The position numbers were made by a program, and so were the translations under genes. From NCBI GenBank assembly GCA_964016885.1, contig OZ024740.1:276830001-276894000 (forward strand): 64,000 nucleotides of DNA, written 5' to 3'. Source of the DNA: Eledone cirrhosa (taxonomy: Eukaryota). The notes below the pieces were generated by a model. That model saw only the letters and a list, made by a program, of their open reading frames with translations, had not been told where the DNA came from and did not search any database. Positions 31,490 to 45,482 of this stretch are shown here, piece by piece (position 1 is the stretch's first letter; the number at the start of each line of letters is the position of its first letter).

Positions 31490-31495
<6 letters not shown>
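31092..31495 (+). mobile_element. TA-embedded fold-back element (about 150-bp arms), HHR in both arms
   Basis: Arms about 31092-31247 / 31255-31403; HHR ttttat-CTGATGA-aaacacaaatatt...atattt-GAAA-tgcgca-TA-ataaaa at 31304-31364 (+) and about 31132-31198 (-); tail to 31495. Confidence 0.88.
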
Positions 31496-31539
<44 letters not shown>

Positions 31540-31599
31540 CATATATAGTAATAATAATAAATTTGAAGACTAAAATCCAAGGAGGGCTCGATAAGGATT

Positions 31600-31661
31600 A
31601 GAGTCCAGAATTAGCAGTCGAAACGGCTTGAGCTCTGCCGTCGGGGTCTTACTTATTCCTA
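31600..31661 (+). mobile_element. Family H1 arm fragment (3' half of the HHR)
   Basis: ccagaattagcagtcGAAAcggcttgagctctgccGTCggggtc matches 13538-13578 and 41896-41942. Confidence 0.7.
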
Positions 31662-31663
31662 TA

Positions 31664-31811
<148 letters not shown>

Positions 31812-31876
31812 CGTGTGCGTGTGTGTGTATGTACGTATGTATGTGTATATATATATATGTATCGTGTATGTATATA

Positions 31877-31938
<62 letters not shown>

Positions 31939-32634
31939 AGTGTGTGTGTATGTGTGTGTGTGAACATACAAACATACACACACACATATATATATACTAC
32001 GCACCCATACACATACAATAATATAGGAGCATGTATGTGTGAAAGAGGGAGTATATGTGTGTGAGCGTATGTAATTGTTTCAATTTAAAAGAATTCTCTG
32101 TCGGTGACTGCATCAGAGACAATTGCCGAACGATTTGCAATTAGTATGTAGACCAATTTCAGTATTTCAATAGTATGTGTTTCCTTCTCTTGCAGAATAG
32201 TTCCGATAACGAATCTTCAACAACAAATATGGTGCTAAGTAATTAGCAGTAATTACTCATTGATAAGTGGTTCTAATTACTGAAAGACAAGCTATAGGAA
32301 AAAGTTGGAAAAGATTACAACTGCAAAATAATGAAATAAATTAATAAATAAATTGACAATATTATTAGAAAAAAAGAAATGAAATTTCACAATTCGGTTT
32401 CAGAAGAAAATTATTACCAAATCATTTTTACTCTATCCGTTCCGGTTTCTTGTCTCCTTCTCCCTCATTCACTTTTACTCTATTCTTCCGTTGTTCTTCC
32501 ATTTTCTTTCTATTTTTCCTTCTTTATTTTCGTTTTTTATCTTGTCACATATTCTATCTCTTTCTTTGGCTCTTTCATTCTCTCTATTTCTCCCACTCTC
32601 CCGTATCTCTCTTGCGCATACACGTGCCCGCGCT

Positions 32635-32692
<58 letters not shown>

Positions 32693-32709
32693 CACACATA
32701 TATATATAT

Positions 32710-32784
32710 ATATATGCATATATGTGTGTGTATATATATATATATATAAATGAAAGGTATAGAAAACGTTGTAGCAAAAAGCCA

Positions 32785-32817
<33 letters not shown>

Positions 32818-32900
32818 TATATAGGCTTTTTTCTACAACGTTTTCTATACCTTTCATTTATATATATATATATATATATACACACACATATATGCATATA
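32710..32900. repeat. Inverted repeat with a (TA)n spacer
   Basis: ataaatgaaaggtatagaaaacgttgtag / ctacaacgttttctataccttt cattta; the arm sequence recurs at 24670-24705. Confidence 0.8.
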
Positions 32901-33231
32901 CCTCCCACTATAATGCCGATCTTCAACAAGAAGAAACACCGTTGAATCGTATTCGTTCCTGTGTCCGAAGAGCCTCTACAACAACACTTACAAGGAAATA
33001 GACCTCGAAAGTTGTTTCAAGCTGCGAGTTAGTCATGAAAACTTGTGATAGAACTGAAGATGCTAACGATTCTGATTCTGGTGATTCTTCTAATACAATT
33101 TAATGTATTCCCACGATTAAGGCTGAACAGTAATCAGTGTTTTTAAATCCAATTTTAATCTTTATAACCAGAATTTTAAAACTTATTTTCACAAAAATAG
33201 TTTTAGATAAATCACCAATATATATATATAT

Positions 33232-33395
33232 GTGTGGTTGGTGTTAGGAAGGGCATCCAGCTGTAAAAAAACCTGCCAGAAACACTTCCGTACGAGCGAG
33301 ACACGGTCTACCGACCATTCCCGCATCAAATGGAACAAAACCGTCTAACACATACTAGCGTGGAAGATGGACGATGATGATGATGATGATGATGA
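33232..33395 (+). mobile_element. Short RTE-related non-autonomous element with (GAT)n tail
   Basis: ggttggtgttaggaagggcatccagctgtaaaa resembles RTE 5' UTR motifs; ends gcgtggaagatggac(gat)n. Confidence 0.45.
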
Positions 33396-33892
33396 TATAT
33401 TACCAATTATTTCATAGCTCCAAGTTTCTCCTAATGTGCGTTCATTCAGTCGACAAAAGATGAACATGTAAATTTGGTTGGAAGGGTAAAAACTTGGGAA
33501 CAAGTCAGGTTTGTTAAAATGGATAAATCTTGATGTTGTAAAGTCATAAAAAGTTAGGGGTTGGTACTCTGTTTCCGATGATTTAAATCTAAATTTTGTG
33601 ACGCATGTACTGAGTGTCATGTCACCATCGTAAGCTTAGTATCAAACCCAGCTGTAATATCCTTGCATCTAAGTATTGGTAGAGGGGATTTTGGAATAAT
33701 GAGGACATTGGAATCTGGTTTGGTGCTGCTGCTGTTGTTGTTATTGTCGTTGGTGTTATATTTGTTGTTAAATATGGTGGAAGATTGGTAGTATTAGTAG
33801 AGCGTCGGTCAACATACTTTACGGCATATAGTTACGGCATTTTACAGCCCACTTTGCATTGTTTAACCATCTATCTCTTTAAACGTTATATA

Positions 33893-34215
33893 TTATTTAT
33901 TTTATCGATCCCATAAGGACGAAAGGCAAAGTTAACCTCGGCGGGATTTGAACTCAGAATGGAAAGGGGCGTAACTCCATGCGTCAAAGCATGGCGTCCG
34001 ACCCTTTACTGATACTGCCAATCCACCACCCTATAATTGTTTCTACTTTTTGGCACAAGGCCAGCAATTACCCAGTTCATTACTGGTACTTTATTTTATC
34101 GACCCCGTAAGGATGAAAGGCAAAGTTAACCTCGGCGGGATTTGAACTCAGAATGGCAAAGGCTGTAACTCTATGCGTCAAAGCATGGCGTCCGACCCTC
34201 TACCGATACTGCCAA
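33893..34215 (-). mobile_element. Two tandem SINE family A copies
   Basis: Two B-box/core units at 33893-34028 and 34034-34215. Confidence 0.9.
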
Positions 34216-34532
34216 GGCGATAATTAAACAAATCTTTTATTTATTTTCCATTCTATTTTCGAATCCCACGTGTACTTGTTTAGTCTTATAACCATGCATT
34301 GTCATTATTTATTCATATATCTAATACATCATTTCTCATTTGGTTACATTTAACCTTTTAACGATGAAATAAATTTGACTGTCAGCGTAACTAAGTTCAA
34401 TTTTTTTTCTTAAGTGAAAGATAGTATAACAATTTTTTTTCACTAAATGCCGAAAACTCTGTGATGAATGTATGTTTGTGCTTATCTACGTATGAACGTA
34501 CGTACGCATGTATGTATACATGTATGTATGTA

Positions 34533-34770
34533 TGTTCTTCTGGTTTTATAATTTCACAAAGTTTTACCAATAGAGAGAGAGTCGGTTTCTAACATAGACA
34601 CAAGACTCTCTCATTGGAATTTACACAACATCAACTAGGTAGATATGTATGTATGCATGCATGTGTAGATATGGATATTATTGTATGTGTGGATGTGGAT
34701 GTCTTGAGTTGTATGTGTACATGTGTATATGCTTTGTATCTGTACATGTGTATATGCAGTTATTAGACGC
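34533..34770 (-). mobile_element. 3' UTR of the R4-clade family seen at 57868-59578
   Basis: Reverse complement of 59378-59580 (gagagagtcggtttctaacatagacacaagactctctcattggaatttacacaacatcaactagg); abuts (TATG)n. Confidence 0.85.
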
Positions 34771-34856
34771 AACATTTTTTTTTATGTATGTATGTATGTA
34801 TGTATGCATGTATAAGCACACCGTTATACACACACACACACACACACATATATGTG

Positions 34857-34901
<45 letters not shown>

Positions 34902-35010
34902 GGTGAATAACGGAAACAAAACAAACACAGGAATGCAAAAATTCAGTTATATTAAGTTCACATACATGTGTGTTTCAGTGTGTGTATATATGTATGTATA
35001 TATATGTATG

Positions 35011-35049
<39 letters not shown>

Positions 35050-35111
35050 TATATATATACATACATATATGTATACATACACATAAATATATGCATACAT
35101 ATATGTATATA

Positions 35112-35165
<54 letters not shown>

Positions 35166-35339
35166 TATACATATATATATGTATGTATATATTTATGTGT
35201 ATGTATACATATATGTATGTATATATGTATATATATATATTATATACATATATATATATATATATTATATACTTATATATATATGTATGTATATATGTAT
35301 GTGTATGTATACATATATGTATGTATTTATATATGTATG

Positions 35340-35391
<52 letters not shown>

Positions 35392-35398
<7 letters not shown>

Positions 35399-35688
35399 AT
35401 TATTATGTAATAAACAACATAAGGCAATTATTCCATTTACCAGTGGTTTCTTAAAAGCAAAAGGTTTTGCTTTCAATCCTCAGAATGAAAAATCCTGGTT
35501 TGTTTCTATAAACCAGGATTTTTCATTCTGAGGATTGAAAGCAAAACCTTTTGCTTTTAAGAAACCACTGGTAAATGGAATAATTGCCTTATGTTGTTTA
35601 TTACATAATAATAATAATTAAGCTCTGTTGCTTACATAGAGCACTCTTTTTTCCTGGACTTTTCCGATGGAATTACTTCATTTACACA
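35392..35688 (+). mobile_element. TA-embedded fold-back element with apparently identical arms of about 108 bp and an intact HHR
   Basis: Arms about 35394-35501 / 35510-35617; HHR ttcatt-CTGAGGA-ttgaaagcaa...ttgcttttaa-GAAA-ccactgg-TA-aatgga at 35522-35579; tail to 35688. Confidence 0.9.
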
Positions 35689-36245
35689 TATATATATATA
35701 TATATATATATATGTTTATGTTTGTGTATCAATATTTTTCTACACAAATACCGAAAGCAATATGTTTCGGATCGTTTATTCTTTTTTTCCATTACATTTA
35801 TGTTTAAGAAAACATTTCTTTCATTTTTCTTGTATTTTTTATTCATTTTATAGCTACATGACATCATTTAATTTATGGCTGAAATAGTTTTGGAGACGTC
35901 TTGGAAAACTTTATGAAAAAGAAATTTAACTATTTGACTTTTGGCCGTTACAAAATTTGGAACTGGTAAATGCTAAAAAAATTATCAATAAGTCTTCTGC
36001 CAATAATACATGTATAGATATGTCTGTGTTAAGATGTATTTATATTTACACACACGCACACTCTGACTCACACACACACGTAGATACATATACACATATA
36101 TAAATATACAAATATAAATATATCTATGATATAATATTATATAAAAGAATTTACATGAATTAACAAAGGTGTACACGATATAACGATATAGATGTCGACT
36201 GATATATAAGAATTAGATCAATATTCATATTTACATATGATTATA

Positions 36246-36324
<79 letters not shown>

Positions 36325-36326
<2 letters not shown>

Positions 36327-36521
36327 CCAAAGATTAATATGGTTCATTGATTACTCAACGAATATAATTTTACGATAGATTAAAAGCACTCTACAGTGAA
36401 GCTTTCTGGAGTTATTAATATTATTCAGAATATTAATAAATGAAGACATTCAGATAATCATATATTTTGATTATATATTTTGATTATGTGAATGTCTTCA
36501 TTTATTAATATTCTGAATAAT
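36325..36521 (-). mobile_element. Fold-back element family H2, second copy
   Basis: Similar to 18117-18243; arms tattattcagaatattaataaatgaagacattca / tgaatgtcttcatttattaatattctgaataata. Confidence 0.8.
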
Positions 36522-36526
36522 ATATA

Positions 36527-36920
<394 letters not shown>

Positions 36921-38017
36921 GTATGTATGTAAAAGGTAAACAGAAATAACAACACAATCGGTACAGTATATGGAAGGAATATATATATATATATATGAAT
37001 TCATGAACCTTTAAACGATAAATCCAAAATTATGTATAGCTGCAAAGTGCAACTAGATTACCTCTATTTAATAATTTTTGTAACAAATATCGAGTGAAGA
37101 AAATGCAAGACTTTCGCAATATAATACTTTCAAAATCTATTGACACTGCGAAATCATGTGCCGCTGACCTGCTTGAAATTGAAGGCTAAACTATCTGTAT
37201 TGAGATTCAATCTCGTTAAAAAAGGGGAAGGCACATTATATAATGTTAGTACTGGATATACTCGACCTAAAACATTTTTAATGACTCCGATTGGAACGCA
37301 ATTGATTATGTATTACTCTAGGCGGATTGACTGGGTTAAGTCTTTTTGAGCACACCTGTCATCAAAAGCGTTCCCAATATAACCATTCCGACTTTGATTT
37401 TAACATAATGTATATAAGACTTCATTTTATAATGTTTCATTCCATTTTGAAGACATCCGTATGTGATTTGGAGTAGGTTTCTTTGCTAGTATACCCAACG
37501 ACGTAAAATACATTTTTAATTATACATAAGAAGTTGAGAGTGATGCAATTGTTATAAGATGCGAATTCATTATTTGATTTTTAAAATAAACAGAACACCG
37601 GAATTAAGGGATATAGAACAACATTGGATTATTTGAGGGTTAATTATGTTAATTGCAATTATCAGAGCATCCTAGATTACGTGCGAAATATCGAGTTGAG
37701 GAAAGAGTAGAGCAAAGATATGTGTACAGTAAAACAACAGGTACTACTGATTAAAGGGACGTATCATTGTGATGAACATAGATATATTAAACAGTGAAGA
37801 AGTCTCAGATCTACTTGGAAAATATGTCTGTTTAAGACGTTTTAATATCAAGCGTACGACATTTATAAGTGTCGGAAACTAGAACTGTAAAATATTATAG
37901 GTGAAGGTCTTGATTAACTAATGTTGTTCTGTTTATAAATGTAAATATTAAGATGGTGGCTACTAGCGATATAGCAGTTGTCTATCCTTCAAATAAGGCA
38001 ATTGTATGTTTCTTGAA

Positions 38018-38140
38018 GGCTCATAGTTTAGTGGTTAGAAAGTTAGATTCGCAATTGTGAAGTTGCGAGTTCGATTCCTTGACCGGAGAATGTGTTATGT
38101 CCTTGAGCAAGACGCTTTATTTTACGTTGTTCTCTCTTCC
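38018..38140 (+). mobile_element. Degenerate tRNA-derived SINE (different family)
   Basis: A-box tagtttagtgg, B-box gagttcgattcc, then gtccttgagcaagacgctt. Confidence 0.6.
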
Positions 38141-38429
38141 AGGAGTTGCGACCAGTAGATAGTATCAACAATGGAAAGACCAATGGATGCATTGTTTCCT
38201 TGGTCCTATTTGACGTGTTCCACACCAATCGGTAAGCAAATGAGGTCTGGGATCTTGTCGATCATTCCAAAAAAGAACGTTTCTGAATAGTTTCTTGGAG
38301 CGGTTATTTAATCATAGAGAAAAGTGAAGTTTGGAGAATTTGACCGCAGAAATTAATTAATGAGTAAGTGGTAGCGCGCAGAAGAAAACAGATAACATGA
38401 TTGGACAGTATCCAGCCTAGAATTACGTA

Positions 38430-38627
38430 CGAGGGTCACCTGAAAAGTCCATAGTCTGACCAAAATACTCTCATGGGATGACCAAATGTGTTTCATTTTT
38501 CAACATATTCCAAGGAAAGAAACAATGCAGTTATTAATAAGAAGAGTTGAAATTAATGCATGTAAGATTTCATAGCTCCAGCGCCACACCTTCATAGTCA
38601 GCCTATGAACTTTTCAGCCCAACCTCG
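38430..38627. mobile_element. Tc1/mariner-type MITE (198 bp) with TA target duplication
   Basis: TA|cgagggtcacctgaaaagtccatagtctgac ... gtcagcctatgaacttttcagcccaacctcg|TA: imperfect 31-bp TIRs. Confidence 0.8.
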
Positions 38628-40442
38628 TATAAATCATTAGTCTAATATGTTGGTATAATGTAGATTCTACTATAATGGTGATGATCTATACGGATTATAA
38701 AAGAACATTCTACAGAGCAAGAACAAAGACACATCGGAAATTTGAAATGACTAAGAATTTTTTTCTGGAAATGCAATTTGTAAAAGCCTATTCTCATCTT
38801 TCTAAAGGGATAAAAAAAAGGTTTTATCAATTAGGCATATAGAAGTTCTGTAATCTCTAGATTGAATATGACAATAATGGAAGGCTAGCGTTTGTAAGAA
38901 TGAGCAGTAGAGATCGACATAACCAAAATATTTATGTCTTCTCTGAATATTACCGGTCTACGTGAGTCAGGTGTAATGCATGTTTGCTATCAAGAATATC
39001 CGCATTGAATTGGGGGATTTGGAAAACTGTATTATTTAAAAGATATCAAACAGCACGGTATACTTGACTGTGTCCATGGTGAGTGGCAGATATAGGAAGA
39101 ATTGATGATATCAGGCATGGAAACTATGAGTATTAACCAGGCGGCATGATATGAGACGACAAATACTATATGTATTTAAGTGTTTGTGTGCTTGAAATAA
39201 CAAAACGAACTTTTTAGAGAAGTTGTATAGATAATTACAACTATATCCCTATTATCTTTTGTAATATTGCATTAAAGATCTATTTTCTGCTTTAAACCAT
39301 TTGTTTTCTTTCATTTTAACAAAACTTTCCACAAGGTCTATGGGTTAGAAACTCAGAACGGCTGTTCAGTGAAAATGTGTGGCTGGTGTGAAATTTATAC
39401 ATATTTCCTTGATATAAAAAGCACGAAGGGATAACCATTTACAAAACCTTTCAGAAATTTAGTAATCAATATCTTATATAAATTTGCAGATGTAGGAAAC
39501 AAGTTTTCAATTTCTCCATTAACAAGCGAGAATTATCATCATTGTCAAACGTAAACCTTAACATTCATACATATAAGAATAAGAAAACTCATCGCTAGAA
39601 CAGCTGGTAAAACAGCTAAATGCTGTCAAAGACAGTGATGATCAAAAATGCCTCAAAGGACATAGATCAGCAACCAGTGGTCAGCAGAGAGACAATCCAT
39701 AAGGTGGGTAACAGGAAGGTGAAATATCGAAAATATTACCTTGTGGATTGTATGCCTGGTGACCACTGGCCGCTGTCTTGTGAGGCATTTTCGCCCATCA
39801 CTGTCTTTGATGGCATTTAGCTCTTTTAACTGCTGTTCCTGCAATAAGATTTCTCGTTTTTATATGTATTCAGATACACTCTCGCTTCGACATTGTTTTT
39901 GCATTTAACTTAACTATCAGATTATAAACTAAATACGATTGTAAAGACCTGATATAATATAGTCTTTGAAAAGCTATCATTAGTCATTCATACTGGGTTT
40001 CTTTTATATGTGTACATAGGTATTTCATGTGCTATTGTGCGTATATATGTTTATAGCCATGTACGTACATAAGATTATGCATATATGCCAGTCAGTCTGT
40101 GTGTAAATATGTCAGTATGTATGCATGTTTACTAACATGCATCAGTGAATGCACGTGTAGATGTATATGTGCACATATGTAAGTATGCATATACGTATGT
40201 ACATTTATATATGATGTATCTGTGTTTATGTATATATATGCATATATATATATTGTGTGTGTATGTGTATATATGCATATATAAGTATATATATATATAT
40301 ATATATACATGATGTGTGCGTATGTGTATATATGCATATATAAGTATATATATATATACATGCTGTGTGTGTATGTGTATATATGCATATAAAAGTATAT
40401 ATATATACATGCTGTGTGTGTATGTGTATATATATGCATATA

Positions 40443-40543
<101 letters not shown>

Positions 40544-40560
40544 GTATATATATATATATG

Positions 40561-40620
<60 letters not shown>

Positions 40621-40634
40621 TATATATATGTATA

Positions 40635-40683
<49 letters not shown>

Positions 40684-40704
40684 AATTAAGTTAAAGATGT
40701 ATTT

Positions 40705-40769
<65 letters not shown>

Positions 40770-41397
40770 TATATATATATAATTATATATATATATAAAT
40801 ATATATATGAATACATACATACACTGATACATACATACATACATACACACATCCATACATACATACATATATACATACATAGACATACATAGGCATACAT
40901 AGAAATACATATGGGTTTATTTAGAATATGTAATATTACTTAGGTGTCTGGCAAATTTTCTTATCCGGAAAACTAATTTCATTTCTTCAACTATATAATT
41001 GGATGTCCCAAAGCACGAAACAATCAGAACCAACACCCTACAAAATGCCATTCCAACAACAAAACAACAAAAAATATCTCATTGTCGTCCAATTAACTTT
41101 GATTTTACTTTATTTCTTTCGTATATTTATTTATCAGTTTTGTTTTGTTACTGTTGTATTTTTCAATTTAATCAAATGAAACTTTGGTATTTTTCACCAA
41201 TGGAATTTGATGCATTTATTTATTATTCATTTGTTTGTCTGACTACCTCCCCCCCCCTCCCCCTCCTCTCCTTCCTCCTTACGTCCTTTCACTTTGTGTG
41301 TGATTCTATGATTTTTCACTAAACTTCTCTCCTTTTCTCTCACTCTCCCTCTGCCTCTTTCCTCCTCCTCATCCTCTCCCTCATCCTCTCCCTCATT

Positions 41398-41501
<104 letters not shown>

Positions 41502-41535
41502 TCTCTGAGTGTTCAATATATATATGTGTGTGCAT

Positions 41536-41569
<34 letters not shown>

Positions 41570-41723
41570 GCATATAAATATATATATATATAAATGTATG
41601 TATGTATACATATATAGAAACGCATGTTTACATATATATATATGTATGTATATATATATATATATACATAAATATATTTATGAACGTATATATACATATA
41701 TAGAAACGCATGCCACAAATGCT

Positions 41724-42101
<378 letters not shown>

Positions 42102-42270
42102 TAGACACATGCAGAGCGAAAGAGAGAGAGAGCAAAGCAAGACATTTCCCTTTATTCACCACGACCAACCCGTCCGATTGATTTATCTCCCTTTCCCTCC
42201 TTGTATCATCTCACCCTATCCCTCTTCTCAGTTTCTCTATTTCCTTCTCTCTATCTCTCTCTTCCTCCTT

Positions 42271-42313
<43 letters not shown>

Positions 42314-42517
42314 GTGAAGTAGTCTCTTCTCTGAATGCATATATATGTAAATGCATGTACGTATGTGTACGAGTAACGATGTAAATACAATTATGCACAA
42401 ACTTATACGGGAGGGAGCATGGATGCAATTCTCTGTATGTATGATCGTGTGAACAGATGTCAGTAATTACACAATAGCTTTATGCATATTCAGGAGTGTC
42501 TTGTAAATTAACCAATT

Positions 42518-42584
<67 letters not shown>

Positions 42585-42637
42585 GCTGCTACTACTACTA
42601 CTACTACTACTATTATTATTATCATCAATATCATCAT

Positions 42638-42684
<47 letters not shown>

Positions 42685-42947
42685 AGTAGTAAGTAGCAGC
42701 AGTAGTAGTGGTGCTTGATTTTCGGTTTGTCTACTAAAGCAATATTGGTCTTTATATTATTGTAGTGATTGCTATTATTATTGTTGCTATTGCAATTGCT
42801 GTTATTGCTGTTGTTGTTGCAATTGCTATTATTGTTGTTGTTGTTGCTATTGCTGTTATTGCTGTTGTTGCTGTTACTCTTGTTTGCTTCTCGCGTGTTC
42901 GCTTTCGTTCCGTAAGTTTCCTTGTGTTTCATTTCTTAATAACATAG

Positions 42948-43064
42948 ATAATTGTTTCTACTTTTGGCACAAGGCCAGCAATTACCCAGTGTATTACTGG
43001 TACTTTACTTTATCGACCCCATAAGGATGAAAGGCAAAGTTAACCTCGGCGGGATTTGAACTCA
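42948..43064 (-). mobile_element. SINE family A (partial)
   Basis: 3' part up to the B-box gggatttgaactc. Confidence 0.85.
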
Positions 43065-43243
43065 TGTTTTGCAAAAGGGCGGAAACTCAACATTCGGTTA
43101 TTTGCGACAAAATCCATATTTTCAGAATAAATACACTCCAAAAGTTTGGAAAAACATTTGAAGTACAAGTACCCCCATCCACACTGCATCACAGGTCAGA
43201 ACAACCAAATTGCTCCCTCAGTAAAACTAACAGCAAAACGGAT

Positions 43244-44110
43244 TTCTCACTAAGAGTTATGACTCTAAATACACATCTTTCACTAAGAGTTATGACTCTA
43301 AATACACATTTTTCACTAAGAGTTATGACTCTAAATACCCATCTTTCACTAAGAGTTATGACTCTAAATACCCATCTTTCACTAAGAGTTATGACTCTGA
43401 ATACACATTTTTCACTAAGAGTTATGACTCTAAATACACATCTTTCACTAAGAGTTATGACTCTAAATACACATTTTTCACTAATAGTTATGACTCTAAA
43501 TACACATCTCTCACTAAGAGTTATGACTCTAAATACACATCTTTCACTAATAGTTATGACTCTAAATACACATCTTTCACTAAGAGTTATGACTCTAAAT
43601 ACACATCTTTCACTAATAGTTATGACTCTAAATACACATCTTTCACTAAGAGTTATGACTCTAAATACCCATCTTTCACTAAGAGTTATGACTCTAAATA
43701 CACATCTCTCACTAAGAGTTATGACTCTAAATACACATCTCTCACTAAGAGTTATGACTCTAAATACACATCTCTCACTAAGAGTTATGACTCTAAATAC
43801 ACATCTTTCACTAAGAGTTATGACTCTAAATACACATCTCTCACTAAGAGTTATGACTCTAAATACACATCTTTCACTAAGAGTTATGACTCTAAATACA
43901 CATCTCTCACTAAGAGTTATGACTCTAAATACACATCTTTCACTAAGAGTTATGACTCTAAATACACATCTCTCACTAAGAGTTATGACTCTAAATACCC
44001 ATCTTTCACTAAGAGTTATGACTCTAAATGCACATCTTTCACTAAGAGTTATGACTCTAAATACACATCTTTCACTAAGAGTTATGATTCTAAATACACA
44101 TCTCTCACTA
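43244..44110. repeat. 33-bp minisatellite, about 26 units
   Basis: Unit cactaagagttatgactctaaatacacatcttt with few variants; each unit carries the near-palindrome AGAGTTATGACTCT. Confidence 0.97.
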
Positions 44111-44998
44111 AAAACAATATCTAATTAACGGCATCAAATAAAACTGTACTTTGAACTCAGCGTGTAACAGTTTCCCTGCCGTCGTCCCTGGGATTGGCAA
44201 TGAAAATGCTACCAGGACCATTATCTCTAAAACTATTATGACTATGGTTGGACAAACCGACAGATACGGTTCAGATAACCAAAGAGAATGTTCCTTAGCG
44301 ATCCAGCTCACAACTTGAGTCGGCCGCAGCGACAGCAGCTGCAGCAGCACAGCTAACAATAACAACATTAACAACATAGACAATAACAATAACAACATTA
44401 ACAACATAGACAACAGTAACATAGACAATAACTTAATCAGCAGCATTGACAGCAAGGCCAAATCACATAACTCAGCAACAGAATTCCTCAAACACAACAA
44501 CCCCAAGGATAGGCTATTCTCCGATTTCGGAAAGGGTGGTGTAAAAGCATCACTACCTTCTCAGACGTACCCACTACTCTGATAGGTGGCGACAGGATTT
44601 CCACAATGTACAAATGTGGACAAGCTCAATGCATATCGGGTCATCCAGATTGAATTCAGATATAGTATCATGTAGGTGAGTAGAGAGGAATAGAGTATGT
44701 TGTTCAAAATTTCAAGCGATTAACTACGCAGACCACACATTTACGATCTCTATGGTCAACTTAAATAGGCTTCGTTGGCAGAAACTTCATTATTAGAAGC
44801 TGAATGCATCTTTTCGCGGTGCACAAAGCATAGTGAGAGCGTGTTAGTGAAGTTCCTGAGCCGGTGTTAACATGGGTATTCAACAACAACTAAAGGTAGC
44901 TCACCCTGACTCATTCCAAGCATGCAGCTGGCAATATATTATACGTTAAAAGTATGAAGGTAATATTTGTGCACTGATAGGTGTGTGTGTGTGTGTGT

Positions 44999-45447
44999 AT
45001 TATTAATATACGAAAAACTCAGATTACCTTTATTGTATTCAGCCATGTAGAGCGATAACTAGTTGTTAGTTATTTGAATATGGCAAAGCTGGCCATTAAT
45101 CGCCCGCATACATGAGACTGACTGGCCTATCTGCTGACATGCAAATCTGACTGAGCAGTTGGTCTGCTAATATGCAGATCTGACTGATCAATCAGTCTGC
45201 TAATATGCAAATCAGGCCGATCAGTCACTGTATATTTCAGAAAATAGCTCTAACAGTTGGCAGGTAAGCAGTAAACTGCACTGATGAAGGGTAACCACCC
45301 AGAAACATTATTGTCTGCAGTTCTGTTTGCATACCAACACAAGAGCGAGAATGAGGGGCTCATTCTACTGATATGGCTTATAAAAGAGGGTGTTTGCATA
45401 ATTGCAAACGAATCGAATATTATTATTAATATTTGAAAAACTCAGAT

Positions 45448-45450
<3 letters not shown>
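44999..45450 (+). mobile_element. Retrozyme-like non-coding HHR element, 423-nt monomer with 29-nt terminal direct repeat
   Basis: attattaatat(ac/tt)gaaaaactcagattac at 44999-45027 and 45422-45450; canonical HHR inside; flanked by (TG)n and (TA)n. Confidence 0.7.
45274..45322 (+). ncRNA. Type I hammerhead ribozyme with canonical core
   Basis: aactgca-CTGATGA-a-gggt aacc accc-a-GAAA-ca ttat tg-TC-tgcagtt: 7-bp stem I, 4-bp stem II, GUC cleavage triplet. Confidence 0.88.

Positions 45451-45480
<30 letters not shown>

Positions 45481-45482
<2 letters not shown>

Noticed and set aside
34852-35531. YIYI/CVCV-type ORFs throughout the window
   Set aside because: Translations of (TA)n, (CA)n and (TATG)n microsatellites.
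43244-44110. CRISPR-like array
   Set aside because: Contiguous tandem units without unique spacers; eukaryotic context and no cas genes.
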